A DNA stretch of 64,000 nucleotides. Source: Vulcanimicrobiota bacterium. Its GTDB lineage: Bacteria > Vulcanimicrobiota > Xenobia > Xenobiales > JADMJV01. A program made the translations under genes and the position numbers. This document shows, piece after piece, positions 1 through 8,649 of this stretch. Each line of letters begins with the position of its first letter. Position 1 is the first letter of the stretch. The stretch lies in contig JAHBVR010000014.1 of NCBI GenBank assembly GCA_019637395.1, forward strand, positions 191,414 to 255,413, in the 5' to 3' direction. Under the pieces are notes generated by a model. The model saw nothing but the letters and a program-made list of their open reading frames with translations. It did no database searches and was not told where the DNA came from.

Positions 1-90
1 AGAGATACGTTCGCACTTGCTGGCGGCCGCCGAGCTCCCTGGCCACTCGCGTCCGACGCTTTCTGGCCAGCTCGGTATTCCCGTGAGGGA

Positions 91-1041
91 CTATTTGCCG
101 AAGATTAGCTCGGAGTTGGGCAGATCGAAAGTGACCGTGTAGCGCCGCAGGAAGTCCTGACCGAGGACTCCCTCGGCCAGCAGCTTGCGAAAGACCACCG
201 GTGATTTCTCTTGCGTCAGCGAGGGGCTCTCGGAGACTTCGATCTTGCCCATCTGGCTGGCAAAACTCCGGTATTTTCGGCCATTTTGATCAGTGGGTTC
301 GGTCTCGGTAATGTTGGCACCGGTGGCGTCGATTTTCAGGGTGAACATCAACTTCGAGTCGAGCAGTAAATTTTCACAGCCTGTGTCCACCTGGACCCAG
401 GCTTTGGGGGGCTCGGGAGGGCCTCCCCCAAAGCCGGCCAGCAGCCCGGCCAGACCGCCGGGCTTTTCCGGCTCGGGGGCGCGTTCTTTGAGCATCAGGG
501 AGACCGAAGCCACCACGTTTTCGTCGGACAGGCGGCAGTCTACTTTTTTGCCGGCGGCCTTGCGCTTGGAGAGCGATTCGGAATTCTCCAGCACCAGTTG
601 CTGGTTGGCGAAATCCAGGGTGAAGGGATGATTTCTGAAAAAAGCCAGCGACAAGATGCCGTCGACCTTGCTCTCGCCGCCCGTGCTGACAAAGCAGCGC
701 GGTTCCCCGACGATCACATCCAGATCGTTTTCCTGCTGAGCCCCCACGGTGAGCGAGGAGAGCCTGGCCTGGCCTAATTCCAGTTCGCCCCCCGTGACCG
801 GCCGGATTTTGGTGGGGGTCGGTTCGAGCCCCAACTTCTGGGCCAGTTGCGGGCTGATCAGATCAAATCCCAGGCCGGTATCCAGGCGGAACTCCGCCTC
901 CGTGCCGGCCACTTTGACCGGCAGCAAGATGGCCTGCTTTTTGCCCAGCTTGAAGGGAACGCTCACGGGGGATTGGTCAGCCCGGACCAGGCCGGCTCCG
1001 CTCAAAACGGCCAGACCAACACAGAAAAGTAGATGTTTCAC
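91..1041 (-). CDS. secreted retropepsin-like aspartic protease (two DTG lobes)
   Basis: 316-aa ORF. Signal-peptide-like N-terminus MKHLLFCVGLAVLSGAGLVRA. Two aspartic-protease signatures, RLDTGLG and QVDTGCE, separated by a Gly/Pro-rich linker. Confidence 0.7.
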   Translation of the reverse strand: MKHLLFCVGLAVLSGAGLVRADQSPVSVPFKLGKKQAILLPVKVAGTEAEFRLDTGLGFDLISPQLAQKLGLEPTPTKIRPVTGGELELGQARLSSLTVGAQQENDLDVIVGEPRCFVSTGGESKVDGILSLAFFRNHPFTLDFANQQLVLENSESLSKRKAAGKKVDCRLSDENVVASVSLMLKERAPEPEKPGGLAGLLAGFGGGPPEPPKAWVQVDTGCENLLLDSKLMFTLKIDATGANITETEPTDQNGRKYRSFASQMGKIEVSESPSLTQEKSPVVFRKLLAEGVLGQDFLRRYTVTFDLPNSELIFGK

Positions 1042-1136
1042 GCAGCTACCTTCTCGCAGGTCGAATTGACCCCTTTTAAGAATCTCTTCAGCAGGAGCCC
1101 GGACTGAACTTCAGGAGGGAGCGCGAAAATTTTAGG

Positions 1137-1541
1137 ATGCGGCGCAAAGGCTTTACCCTGGCCGAGGTGATGGTGGCCATTCTCTTCTTGAGCATCGCCA
1201 TGTTCGGCTATTTTGCCCTGCACCTGCGCATTATTCACAGCGCCACCACTCTCGACCAGCGCCAGGGCATGCGCCGCCACGTGGAGCGGGCCAACTACGT
1301 CACCCGCTACGGCCCCTCTCCACCGCACGTGGGAGTCGAGCCGCTGATCCCCCCGATGCTGGCCGTGCTGGTCTACGCTTCCGACCCGAACGACGACTAC
1401 ACCGGCAACGTCAGCACCACCGTGCAGACCAATCCCCCGGCCCTTTATCGGGTCGAATACAACATTTTTTGGACCAACAAGCATGGCTCGCAAAGTTACG
1501 TGCTGGATACCTTCGTGCGGGAAAAGGATCCCGGCTGGTGA
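1137..1541 (+). CDS. prepilin-type N-terminal cleavage/methylation domain protein (minor pilin / pseudopilin-like)
   Basis: N-terminus MRRKGFTLAEVMVAILFLSIAMFGYF is a class III signal (G|FTLxE followed by a hydrophobic helix). Confidence 0.8.
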   Translation: MRRKGFTLAEVMVAILFLSIAMFGYFALHLRIIHSATTLDQRQGMRRHVERANYVTRYGPSPPHVGVEPLIPPMLAVLVYASDPNDDYTGNVSTTVQTNPPALYRVEYNIFWTNKHGSQSYVLDTFVREKDPGW

Positions 1542-2128
1542 GACGCGGCACCACCCTGATCGAGCTGATGGTGGTCATGGCCATCTGGGCGGCGGTGATG
1601 AGTGCCGTGCTCGGATTTTATATTTACGGCACCAAGGTTTCCCGGCGCCAGGACGTGCTCTCCCGGCAGTTGCGCGAAGTGCAGATGCTTTACGACCGCA
1701 TCGTCGGGCGCATTACCAATGCCGTGATTCGCGAGGTCCATCTGGGCAACCAGCCGGTCATCGTCTACGTGCGCACCCGCACCGAGGACGCCTTGCTGAT
1801 CAATGGATTGCTGCCCAACTGGACCCCTCAGGACGAGATCCTGGCCATCGTTCCCCAGGATCCGGCTTTTAGCGGCCCGCTTTGTTTTCAGAACCAGTTG
1901 GTGGTACAGGAAAACAATCAGGTCAGCGTGCTCATGAAGCTACCGGTCGGCATGCTGGTGAGTTTCGAACAGGTCGCGCCCGACATTTTAATGCAAGTAA
2001 AAGTCCCGGCACTCAGTTCGCAAGCGCCGGACCTCAAGACCGTCGACGTGACCTCCATGTATGAGGACAGGCGCTGGCGCAAGATCACCCGCTGCTTCCT
2101 GCTCAACGGCTGGAAAGGGCATAGCTGA
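1538..2128 (+). CDS. prepilin-type N-terminal cleavage/methylation domain protein
   Basis: In-frame GTG at 1538 overlaps the upstream stop (GTGA). It gives (M)RRGTTLIELMVVMAIWAAVMSAVLGF. The ORF-track start at 1469 would overlap the previous gene. Confidence 0.75.
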   Translation: MRRGTTLIELMVVMAIWAAVMSAVLGFYIYGTKVSRRQDVLSRQLREVQMLYDRIVGRITNAVIREVHLGNQPVIVYVRTRTEDALLINGLLPNWTPQDEILAIVPQDPAFSGPLCFQNQLVVQENNQVSVLMKLPVGMLVSFEQVAPDILMQVKVPALSSQAPDLKTVDVTSMYEDRRWRKITRCFLLNGWKGHS

Positions 2129-2407
2129 CGGGCCGCCGGCCTCCTGGTGAATTAGTCCAAAAGGGCCAGGCCTTTCGCGGCGCCCGCGGTGAGCATCTGC
2201 AGCTTTCCGTGCCGGTGACGCATCTGGCGGCCCGGTTGCGGGCTTTGCCCGAGTCGTTGGGGTTGGAGAGCCGGCGCCGCGGCGATTATGAGCTTCCTCA
2301 GGACTGGATGGACGTGCCCTTGCCGCAGGAGAGGAAAGACCTGGCAAGGTCCCGGCGAAGAGCGCCGCCTGGGCACCCGCCGAGTGGTGCGCGTGAGGTT
2401 TACTTAG

Positions 2408-3598
2408 ATGGAGCCGTTCTGCCTGGTCGACCCGGAGAAGTTACGCCACCCGTTTCCGGACTACGAATATTGCCGGCGAGAAAACCCGGTGTTTTTCTAC
2501 GAGCCGATGAACGCCTGGTTCGTCTTTCGCTATGCCGATGTCGATCGGCTGTTTCACGATGAGCGTCTTTCCAACGCTCGGATGGGCGGCTACGTGCCCG
2601 GCGCCCTGCCGAGCTACCGGGAGGCGGTGGAGTGGCTATTTGCCAACTATTTTCGCCACTGGTTGTTAAGTCTGGACGGGGAGCCTCATCGGGCACTGCG
2701 CCGCCATTTGCAGCCGCATTTCAGCGAGCGGGCCGTAAGCGGCTGGGTGCCGGCGATAGAAGAGATGACGGGCGAGCTGTTAGATCGGGTGGCCGCTCAG
2801 GGTTTTATGGATTTCTCGCGAGATTTTGCTTATGAGCTGCCGGTGCTGGTGATTTCTTCCCTCTTGGGAGTGCCGGCCGGGGAGCGGCGGCGCGTCATCG
2901 GCTGGTCGGATCATCTGGCTAACTATTTTAATGTCATCCCTCCCACGGAGCAGACTTCTGCGGAAATGGTCGATTCGACTCGGGAGATGATCGATTACCT
3001 GGAGGGGCTGTTGCGGCAACGTCGGAGCCGGCCCGAGGCGGATTTGCTGAGTCGGATGGCCGGTAGCGGACTGGAGGAGGCGGTCATCGTGGCCAACGCC
3101 ATGGTCTTGCTGGTGGCCGGTCATGAGACCACCCGCAACTTGATGGGCAGTTGCGTGAGTTTGTTGCTGCGCCATCCCGATCAACTGGCCCGCTTGCGCG
3201 CCGACATGAGTCTGCTGCCCCGGGCCATTGACGAGACCCTGCGTATGGAACCGGCCAATCCCATCATGGCCCGGTTGGTGGCCGAGGATTTCGAGTATGC
3301 GGGGGACGCTTTGCGCCGGGGGCAGTTACTCTTCCTGGGCATCGGCTCGGCCAATCGCGATCCGGCGTTTGTGGAGGATCCGGAGCGTTTTGACATCGGG
3401 CGCAAGCCGGGCAAGCACCTGGGTTTCGGCAGCGGGCCCCATTTCTGCATCGGCTCGATCCTGGCCAGGCGGGAGGCCAGTATTGCACTGCGCGAGTTGT
3501 TGACGCGCTTCCCCGGCTTGCGCGGCGACGGGCCGGAGGAGTGGGTCTGCCAGGCGGGCATGCGGGGGCCGTTGCGCCTGCCTATTCGCTGGACTTAG
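2408..3598 (+). CDS. cytochrome P450
   Basis: I-helix LLVAGHETTRN, ExxR (ETLR) and the heme-thiolate loop FGSGPHFCIGSILAR. 396 aa. Confidence 0.9.
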   Translation: MEPFCLVDPEKLRHPFPDYEYCRRENPVFFYEPMNAWFVFRYADVDRLFHDERLSNARMGGYVPGALPSYREAVEWLFANYFRHWLLSLDGEPHRALRRHLQPHFSERAVSGWVPAIEEMTGELLDRVAAQGFMDFSRDFAYELPVLVISSLLGVPAGERRRVIGWSDHLANYFNVIPPTEQTSAEMVDSTREMIDYLEGLLRQRRSRPEADLLSRMAGSGLEEAVIVANAMVLLVAGHETTRNLMGSCVSLLLRHPDQLARLRADMSLLPRAIDETLRMEPANPIMARLVAEDFEYAGDALRRGQLLFLGIGSANRDPAFVEDPERFDIGRKPGKHLGFGSGPHFCIGSILARREASIALRELLTRFPGLRGDGPEEWVCQAGMRGPLRLPIRWT

Positions 3599-5118
3599 TA
3601 GGTGGGGCCGTGGAGCTTGTTGCGGATGGTCAGGAAGCGAGTCAGGCCGACGCCGACCATGGTGGCCAGCATGGCCGCCTGCAGGTGCATCACCTGGTGC
3701 GGGGGATGGCCGGAGTAGTAGATGAGGAATATCGAGAGCGCCAGTCCCCAGAGAATGGAAATTTCCACGTAGAGCTGGGTGGTGCGCAGCGAATTGCTGG
3801 GCTGATGGCGCAGGATGTCGCGCAGCAGCGAGCCGCCTCCGTTGGTGACGGCGGCCAGTAACGGTCCCCATAGCCAGAGCGGTTCGCAGCGCCACTGCAT
3901 GGCCACCACCACACCGATGATGGTGAAGCAGGCAAGTCCCAGAGCGTCGCAGAGGATCAGCACGGGGATGTTGTCCACGTCCAGTTCCAGCAAGCGCTGG
4001 ACTCGTTCCGGCCAGAACTGGGCGACCAGGCGGAAGAAGAGAAAGCCGGCCAACACCATGATCAAGACTGTCGTCATAATGGTGGGATTGCCCACGAAGG
4101 CGATGGGCCGGCGGCCAGCGATCAGATCGCGCAGCAATCCTCCTCCCACCGCCGGCGCGGCCGCCATCAGGAAGGCGCCCAGCAGGTTATAGCCTTCTTT
4201 GCGGGCCAAAAAGATGCCCGAAGCGGCCGCCGTGGCCACCGCCAGCAGACCGATGGGCTCAAAGAAAAAGTTGCGCTCCAGCAGGCTGAGCAGAACCGGA
4301 TAGTGATAGGCGCGCACGATGGCGGCGGTGGTTCCGTCCCCTTCCATCTCCAGCAGCGCCGCGTCGATGTGCGTGCGCACCTCCGCCCGCACGCGCTCCT
4401 GGCTGTACATGATGTGGGTCTCTTCGCGCGGAATCTCCAGGCGCCGCGAGCCGATTTCGGAGAGCCAGCGGTTGCGCATCACCGTGCTCAAGCCCGCCAG
4501 TTCATCGGCGAAAACCACATCCACCTGGCCGTTGATGAGGCGCGCCATGGTTTCGGCTTCCTGCTTGCTGGCCACCGACTGCAGCCGGAGCTGGGCATCG
4601 TTCAGGAAGGTCTGAACTTCGTCCGGATAGGCATGCCCCAGGGAGTAGCCGATGCGCCATTGATCCTGGCGGGCCAGGTGCAGCAATTGCCGGGGATCGC
4701 CGGGCAAGCGCCGGTAACTGTCGGTGCGAAAGAAGACGGCATAGTGCAGGCTCAGGTAGGCCACGCTGAAATGTCCGAAGACTTCTCGCTCGGGAGAGCG
4801 ATAGGCCAGGCTGAGGGCGTCGAGTTGGCCGTGGCGCAGCATTTCCAGCAATTGGAACCAGTCGTTTTGCACGAAATGCACGCGATAGCCGGCGCGTGAG
4901 CAGGCCTCCCGCACCAGTTCGGTGCTCAGCCCGGTCAGCCGGCTGTCCACGTCGCTCTGCTCGTATTGATACGGATAGATGGGCTCGGCGCCAATGGTCA
5001 GCGTGCCGCGGCTGGCCAGCGGCGGCAGATTGTGGCCGTCCAGTTCATCGGCCAGTCGCGTGATCAGGAAGAGGAGCAGGACCAGCACCAGCAGATTGGT
5101 GAGCAGATTTTTCATCAA
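3595..5118 (-). CDS. fusion of a periplasmic family-3 solute-binding domain with a TRIC/UPF0126 cation-channel domain
   Basis: N-terminal TM anchor plus an SBP_bac_3-like region (GTLTIGAEPIYPYQY..DALSLAYRSPERE). C-terminal multi-TM region has two UPF0126 signatures, GGGLLRDLIAGRRP and GGGSLLRDILRHQP. A likely ATG at 5115 shares one nt with the upstream stop. Confidence 0.8.
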   Translation of the reverse strand: MMKNLLTNLLVLVLLLFLITRLADELDGHNLPPLASRGTLTIGAEPIYPYQYEQSDVDSRLTGLSTELVREACSRAGYRVHFVQNDWFQLLEMLRHGQLDALSLAYRSPEREVFGHFSVAYLSLHYAVFFRTDSYRRLPGDPRQLLHLARQDQWRIGYSLGHAYPDEVQTFLNDAQLRLQSVASKQEAETMARLINGQVDVVFADELAGLSTVMRNRWLSEIGSRRLEIPREETHIMYSQERVRAEVRTHIDAALLEMEGDGTTAAIVRAYHYPVLLSLLERNFFFEPIGLLAVATAAASGIFLARKEGYNLLGAFLMAAAPAVGGGLLRDLIAGRRPIAFVGNPTIMTTVLIMVLAGFLFFRLVAQFWPERVQRLLELDVDNIPVLILCDALGLACFTIIGVVVAMQWRCEPLWLWGPLLAAVTNGGGSLLRDILRHQPSNSLRTTQLYVEISILWGLALSIFLIYYSGHPPHQVMHLQAAMLATMVGVGLTRFLTIRNKLHGPTY

Positions 5119-6839
5119 TAATGGAAACGGGGGCTGTAGCGACGCAGCAGCGGCTGGTTGCTGGCATAACCGGCCAGCGCCAAGGCCACCGTCGTGCTCA
5201 TATCCGAGGTCTGGCCACCGTAGTCGCGCTGGCTTTCCAGGAAATAGCTGGAGTTGGGTAGCGCTCCGGCCATACCGTTGGGGAGAAACTGCCAGGAGGT
5301 TCCGTCGTAATGAGCCAGCGACTGGGCCGAGGACTGCGGCGCCTGCTGCCCGGTGGGGACGGCCTGGCAGGTGACCAGGGCGAAGAGATCTTTTTTGGCG
5401 GTGGCTATCGGGTAAGCTTTGGTGGAATAGCGCAGGTCCAGGGCCTTTTCTTCTTTGAGCTCAATCACCATGCCGTTGCTGCGGAAGGGCTGGGCGCCGA
5501 GGTTGCGGCCGGGCACCGCCCGAGGCAGACTGGCCGAGGGGTCGGACTGGGACAGCTTGTTGACACCGGTGGCGCCGTCCTGGGTGACCGAGACCAGCGA
5601 GTCTTGATAGGTAAAGAGGTCGCCCTGAATGGCGGAACCCGCCGCGAATTGATTGCCGGAGACGGTCAGCAGATTGACTCCCCCGGCCTCCTTCCCATAA
5701 ATGGTGCCGCTGCCGGTGACCCAGAGGTAATTGGTGTCGGGCCGCGGTCCGCCGATGATTTCGGGCTGAGTCTGATCGTCGGGGACTTTGAGCAGATCCA
5801 CCACTTTGGTCCAGGTCTTAGCGCTTTCCTCATATTTTAGAATGGCGGGCTCCTTCAGCGGACCGACGGGGGGAGTGATGCTGCCCTGGCCGGAGGCGTC
5901 GTTCTGGAATTTAAAGCCCCGAAAATAAATGTGCCAGGCGTGACAGTAATAGGTCTTGTCCACCCCGACGGCCACGCTGCCGGTGAGCAGGTAGAGTTCA
6001 AAGACAGGTCCTTGATAAACCGAAGTGTCGACTGTGGTCTGGGTGCCGTTGATGTTGACCGTGGTATAGGTGGGGGTTCCATCCACTTCGCCGTTGATGG
6101 TCGGGTCTTTTTTACGCCCCAGGGCGCTGGGGTCCTGAGGAGAGATTACGGGCGTCGGAGTAAATTTATCCTCTTTGAGCTCCACCACGTAGGGTCCGTT
6201 GCCTTTGGGCAGCTCCTCCGTAATGGGCCCGAATCCCTGGTTGGTCACGGTGCCATTGGCATTCATAAGCGGCTGGAAGTCCTGCAGGGTGGGAGGTGAG
6301 TCCTCCTCTTTCTTTTGGAAAAAAACCGGTCCGCCGCCGGCCGAGAAGGTGTGGGGCAAGACATCGTTGCTGAGAGCGCCCAGTGACTGCCACTTGAAGT
6401 TGGGGCCCAGAACCGACCAGCCGCTGCCCTGCATGGCGAAAAGATGAGGCTTCAAGCTGCCCGTGGCCAGGCTGTCGGCCAAGCGGAATTCTTCGAGCAC
6501 CCAGTGGCGGTCGGCCCGCACCAGGTTGGAGGAAGCCTGCACATCTAAGGAGAGGATGGTTGGACCCAGGCGCCGCACGCTGGACTGAACGGTGGCTCCG
6601 CTGGCGAAGGAAACTCCGTTGTTGAGCACGGACTCCCAATCGGAGTTGGAGCGCATGAGCTGGATATCTCGATCCAGGATGCCGTCGGCGGCGAATTCCG
6701 CCCGCATTTTGTGGTCCGCCAGCAGCGTCGAACGGATATCTTCGCGGTTGGTCACCACGATGGCAACCGATAGAAAAAAGAGAAAGGCCGACATAAACAG
6801 GGCCGACAGAAGCAGGTTGCCGCGACGTGAGCGGATCAT
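5115..6839 (-). CDS. large PilX-N-like membrane-anchored surface protein (hypothetical)
   Basis: N-terminus MIRSRRGNLLLSALFMSAFLFFLSVAIV has a basic stretch plus one hydrophobic helix and no Glu5, as in PilX-type minor pilins. The remaining ~540 aa are Thr/Gly/Pro/Gln-rich and beta-type. The stop is coupled to the downstream SBP-TRIC gene. Confidence 0.6.
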   Translation of the reverse strand: MIRSRRGNLLLSALFMSAFLFFLSVAIVVTNREDIRSTLLADHKMRAEFAADGILDRDIQLMRSNSDWESVLNNGVSFASGATVQSSVRRLGPTILSLDVQASSNLVRADRHWVLEEFRLADSLATGSLKPHLFAMQGSGWSVLGPNFKWQSLGALSNDVLPHTFSAGGGPVFFQKKEEDSPPTLQDFQPLMNANGTVTNQGFGPITEELPKGNGPYVVELKEDKFTPTPVISPQDPSALGRKKDPTINGEVDGTPTYTTVNINGTQTTVDTSVYQGPVFELYLLTGSVAVGVDKTYYCHAWHIYFRGFKFQNDASGQGSITPPVGPLKEPAILKYEESAKTWTKVVDLLKVPDDQTQPEIIGGPRPDTNYLWVTGSGTIYGKEAGGVNLLTVSGNQFAAGSAIQGDLFTYQDSLVSVTQDGATGVNKLSQSDPSASLPRAVPGRNLGAQPFRSNGMVIELKEEKALDLRYSTKAYPIATAKKDLFALVTCQAVPTGQQAPQSSAQSLAHYDGTSWQFLPNGMAGALPNSSYFLESQRDYGGQTSDMSTTVALALAGYASNQPLLRRYSPRFHY

Positions 6840-6951
6840 ACCAGAGAGTTTCTCAGCTCCGAGCGGCCCTTCCTGGCGGCTCAGCCAATCTTCAGAAGCA
6901 CTTCAGCTTCAGGGCAGGATATGCGCGGAGAAAACCAAATTTTCCGTAAGT

Positions 6952-7824
6952 ATGGCGTCTCACCGGGAGATCTTTCAAAAGATGCAGGCCCTGCTTAAAG
7001 GCCGCCAACAGTTGGCCGTGATCGGGAAGCGCAACAACAAGTGGGAAATCCTTTTCAAAACCGGCGATAACTGGGATTTCGGCGAGGGCTCTCTGCGCTA
7101 TCGGGTGAGCGAGGCGGTCCATAAAGAAAAAGAGGCTGTGGTCATTATGGATTCGGCCAGGGATGACCGCTTTGTGGCCGGTCCCAGGCCGGAGTTCCGT
7201 TCCGCGCTGTGCTTTCCGGTGACGCTGCCGGGTAAAAAACAGATCACCATCTTTGTGGAAGAACCGGAGCATCCCATGGGATTTTCCCTGGCGGTGCTGC
7301 CCGCCTGGAGGGAGCTGGCCGAGCAATTGGAGGATCTGCAGCCGGCTCCGCCGCCCAAACCAGCTCCGGCCCCCGCCGCCCCACCACCCGAAGACTTGGA
7401 GCCCCAGCCCCCCAAGGAAGAGGTCAACTGGCCGGCTGTCGGACTCGTTTCTGTGATATTGCTGGCCGCCATCGGTTACGGAATTGTCAGCTTCCTGCGC
7501 TCCCGAGCCGAAAGCCAGTTGGCCGGTTGCACCAGCAATCTGGCCGTGATTGTGGCCGCCTCCAATATGTATGCTCGCGACCACGGGGGCCACTACCCTA
7601 AATCGCTGGATGAATTGGTCGGCACGTATATGTTGGATCTTCCGGTGTGCCCGTGCGCCGGCAGCAACACTTACGGCGATTTGAAATACAGCCAGGAGCC
7701 TCCGGGAATGTCGGTGAGCTGCAGCGGCGGTTTTCATCGCAAGCTCTTCAAAGGCTCCGGGGATCCCCAGCACTGGCCCTTTATGGAATCGGCTCCCCCG
7801 GCGGCGAAGAAAAAGCGCCGTTAG
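6952..7824 (+). CDS. GAF-like domain / Pro-rich linker / TM helix / pilin-head-like ectodomain protein
   Basis: ATG at 6952 chosen because the track start at 6592 overlaps the convergent neighbour. GAF-like region IMDSARDDRFVAGPRPEFRSALCFPVTLPGKKQITIFVE. Linker PAPPPKPAPAPAAPPPE. TM helix WPAVGLVSVILLAAIGYGIVSFL. C-terminus CTSNLAVIVAASNMYARDHGGHYPKSLDELVGTYMLDLPVCPCAGS resembles GspG/PulG-type pilin heads. Confidence 0.6.
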   Translation: MASHREIFQKMQALLKGRQQLAVIGKRNNKWEILFKTGDNWDFGEGSLRYRVSEAVHKEKEAVVIMDSARDDRFVAGPRPEFRSALCFPVTLPGKKQITIFVEEPEHPMGFSLAVLPAWRELAEQLEDLQPAPPPKPAPAPAAPPPEDLEPQPPKEEVNWPAVGLVSVILLAAIGYGIVSFLRSRAESQLAGCTSNLAVIVAASNMYARDHGGHYPKSLDELVGTYMLDLPVCPCAGSNTYGDLKYSQEPPGMSVSCSGGFHRKLFKGSGDPQHWPFMESAPPAAKKKRR

Positions 7825-8649
7825 TTGGTCCTGACCTGGCGCGCGCCCGTTCCCGGCTACGATCTTACTCTTTCCACCAAGTTGCAGCGCTTCGGCAAAA
7901 TGGACCCAACCAGCCGGCGTGGCCGGGGAGCCTTCGTGCGCGCCTTTTGGACGACTCAAGGCGCCTGTACGCTGGCTTTGCGCCAGGCCGGCGCGGAAAT
8001 CGAAGCGGAACTGCTGGGGCCCGGCGCGGCCGTGGTACGCCACCGGCTGCCCGAGATGTTCCGCTTTCTACCCCAGGAACTCTCACCGGACTGCGCCCAC
8101 GCCGGGTTGCGTCAGTTGTCCCGGAGCCTGCGGGGGCTGAAGGTGGGGCCTGTTCCCTGGCCCTTTGACGTGGCTCAGGCCTTTATCTTGCAACAACGGG
8201 TGGCCTTCGAGGAGGCGGCGCGCAGTTTTGGTTCGCTGGTGCATTGCTATGCTCAGCCGGCCCCCGGGCCGCTTCCTCTCAAGTTGCCACTGCATCCGGA
8301 GCAATGGACGCAGATTGGGCTGAACCGCATTCAGCAGGCGGGAGTGGACGCCCAGCGCGCCCGCACCTTGCTGCGGGTGGCCGGGCTGGGCCTGGAGGTG
8401 GATTTGAACAAGCTGGGCGCCACCCGCGGCGTGGGGCCCTGGACTTTCCAGTCGGTGCTCGGCTACGCTATGGGCCATCCCGATGCCGTTCCCCTGGGTG
8501 ACCTGCATCTGCCGCGCATTGTGGCGCTGTATTTTCAGCAGCGGCCGGGAGGCGATGAGCGCATGCTGGAACTCCTCGAGCCTTACCGGGGCCTGCGCTT
8601 CCGTATCCTCAACTGGATTATGGCGGCGGCTCACGCCCGAGCTTTCTAG
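7825..8649 (+). CDS. HhH-GPD family DNA glycosylase (AlkA-like 3-methyladenine glycosylase II)
   Basis: GATRGVGPWTFQSVLGYAMGHPDAVPLGDLHLPRIV is a helix-hairpin-helix, Gly/Pro loop and catalytic Asp. TTG start directly follows the upstream stop. Alternative ATG at 7900. Confidence 0.7.
   Translation: MVLTWRAPVPGYDLTLSTKLQRFGKMDPTSRRGRGAFVRAFWTTQGACTLALRQAGAEIEAELLGPGAAVVRHRLPEMFRFLPQELSPDCAHAGLRQLSRSLRGLKVGPVPWPFDVAQAFILQQRVAFEEAARSFGSLVHCYAQPAPGPLPLKLPLHPEQWTQIGLNRIQQAGVDAQRARTLLRVAGLGLEVDLNKLGATRGVGPWTFQSVLGYAMGHPDAVPLGDLHLPRIVALYFQQRPGGDERMLELLEPYRGLRFRILNWIMAAAHARAF

Noticed and set aside
815-840. GGTCGGTTCGAGCCCC, superficially like a tRNA T-arm
   Set aside because: It lies inside the aspartic-protease CDS. 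The loop length is wrong for a T-loop, and no acceptor, D or anticodon arms could be built around it.
6892-8043. 383-aa minus-strand ORF
   Set aside because: It is antisense to the GAF-pilin-head gene and the glycosylase 5' end. It is Arg/Gly/Ala-rich.
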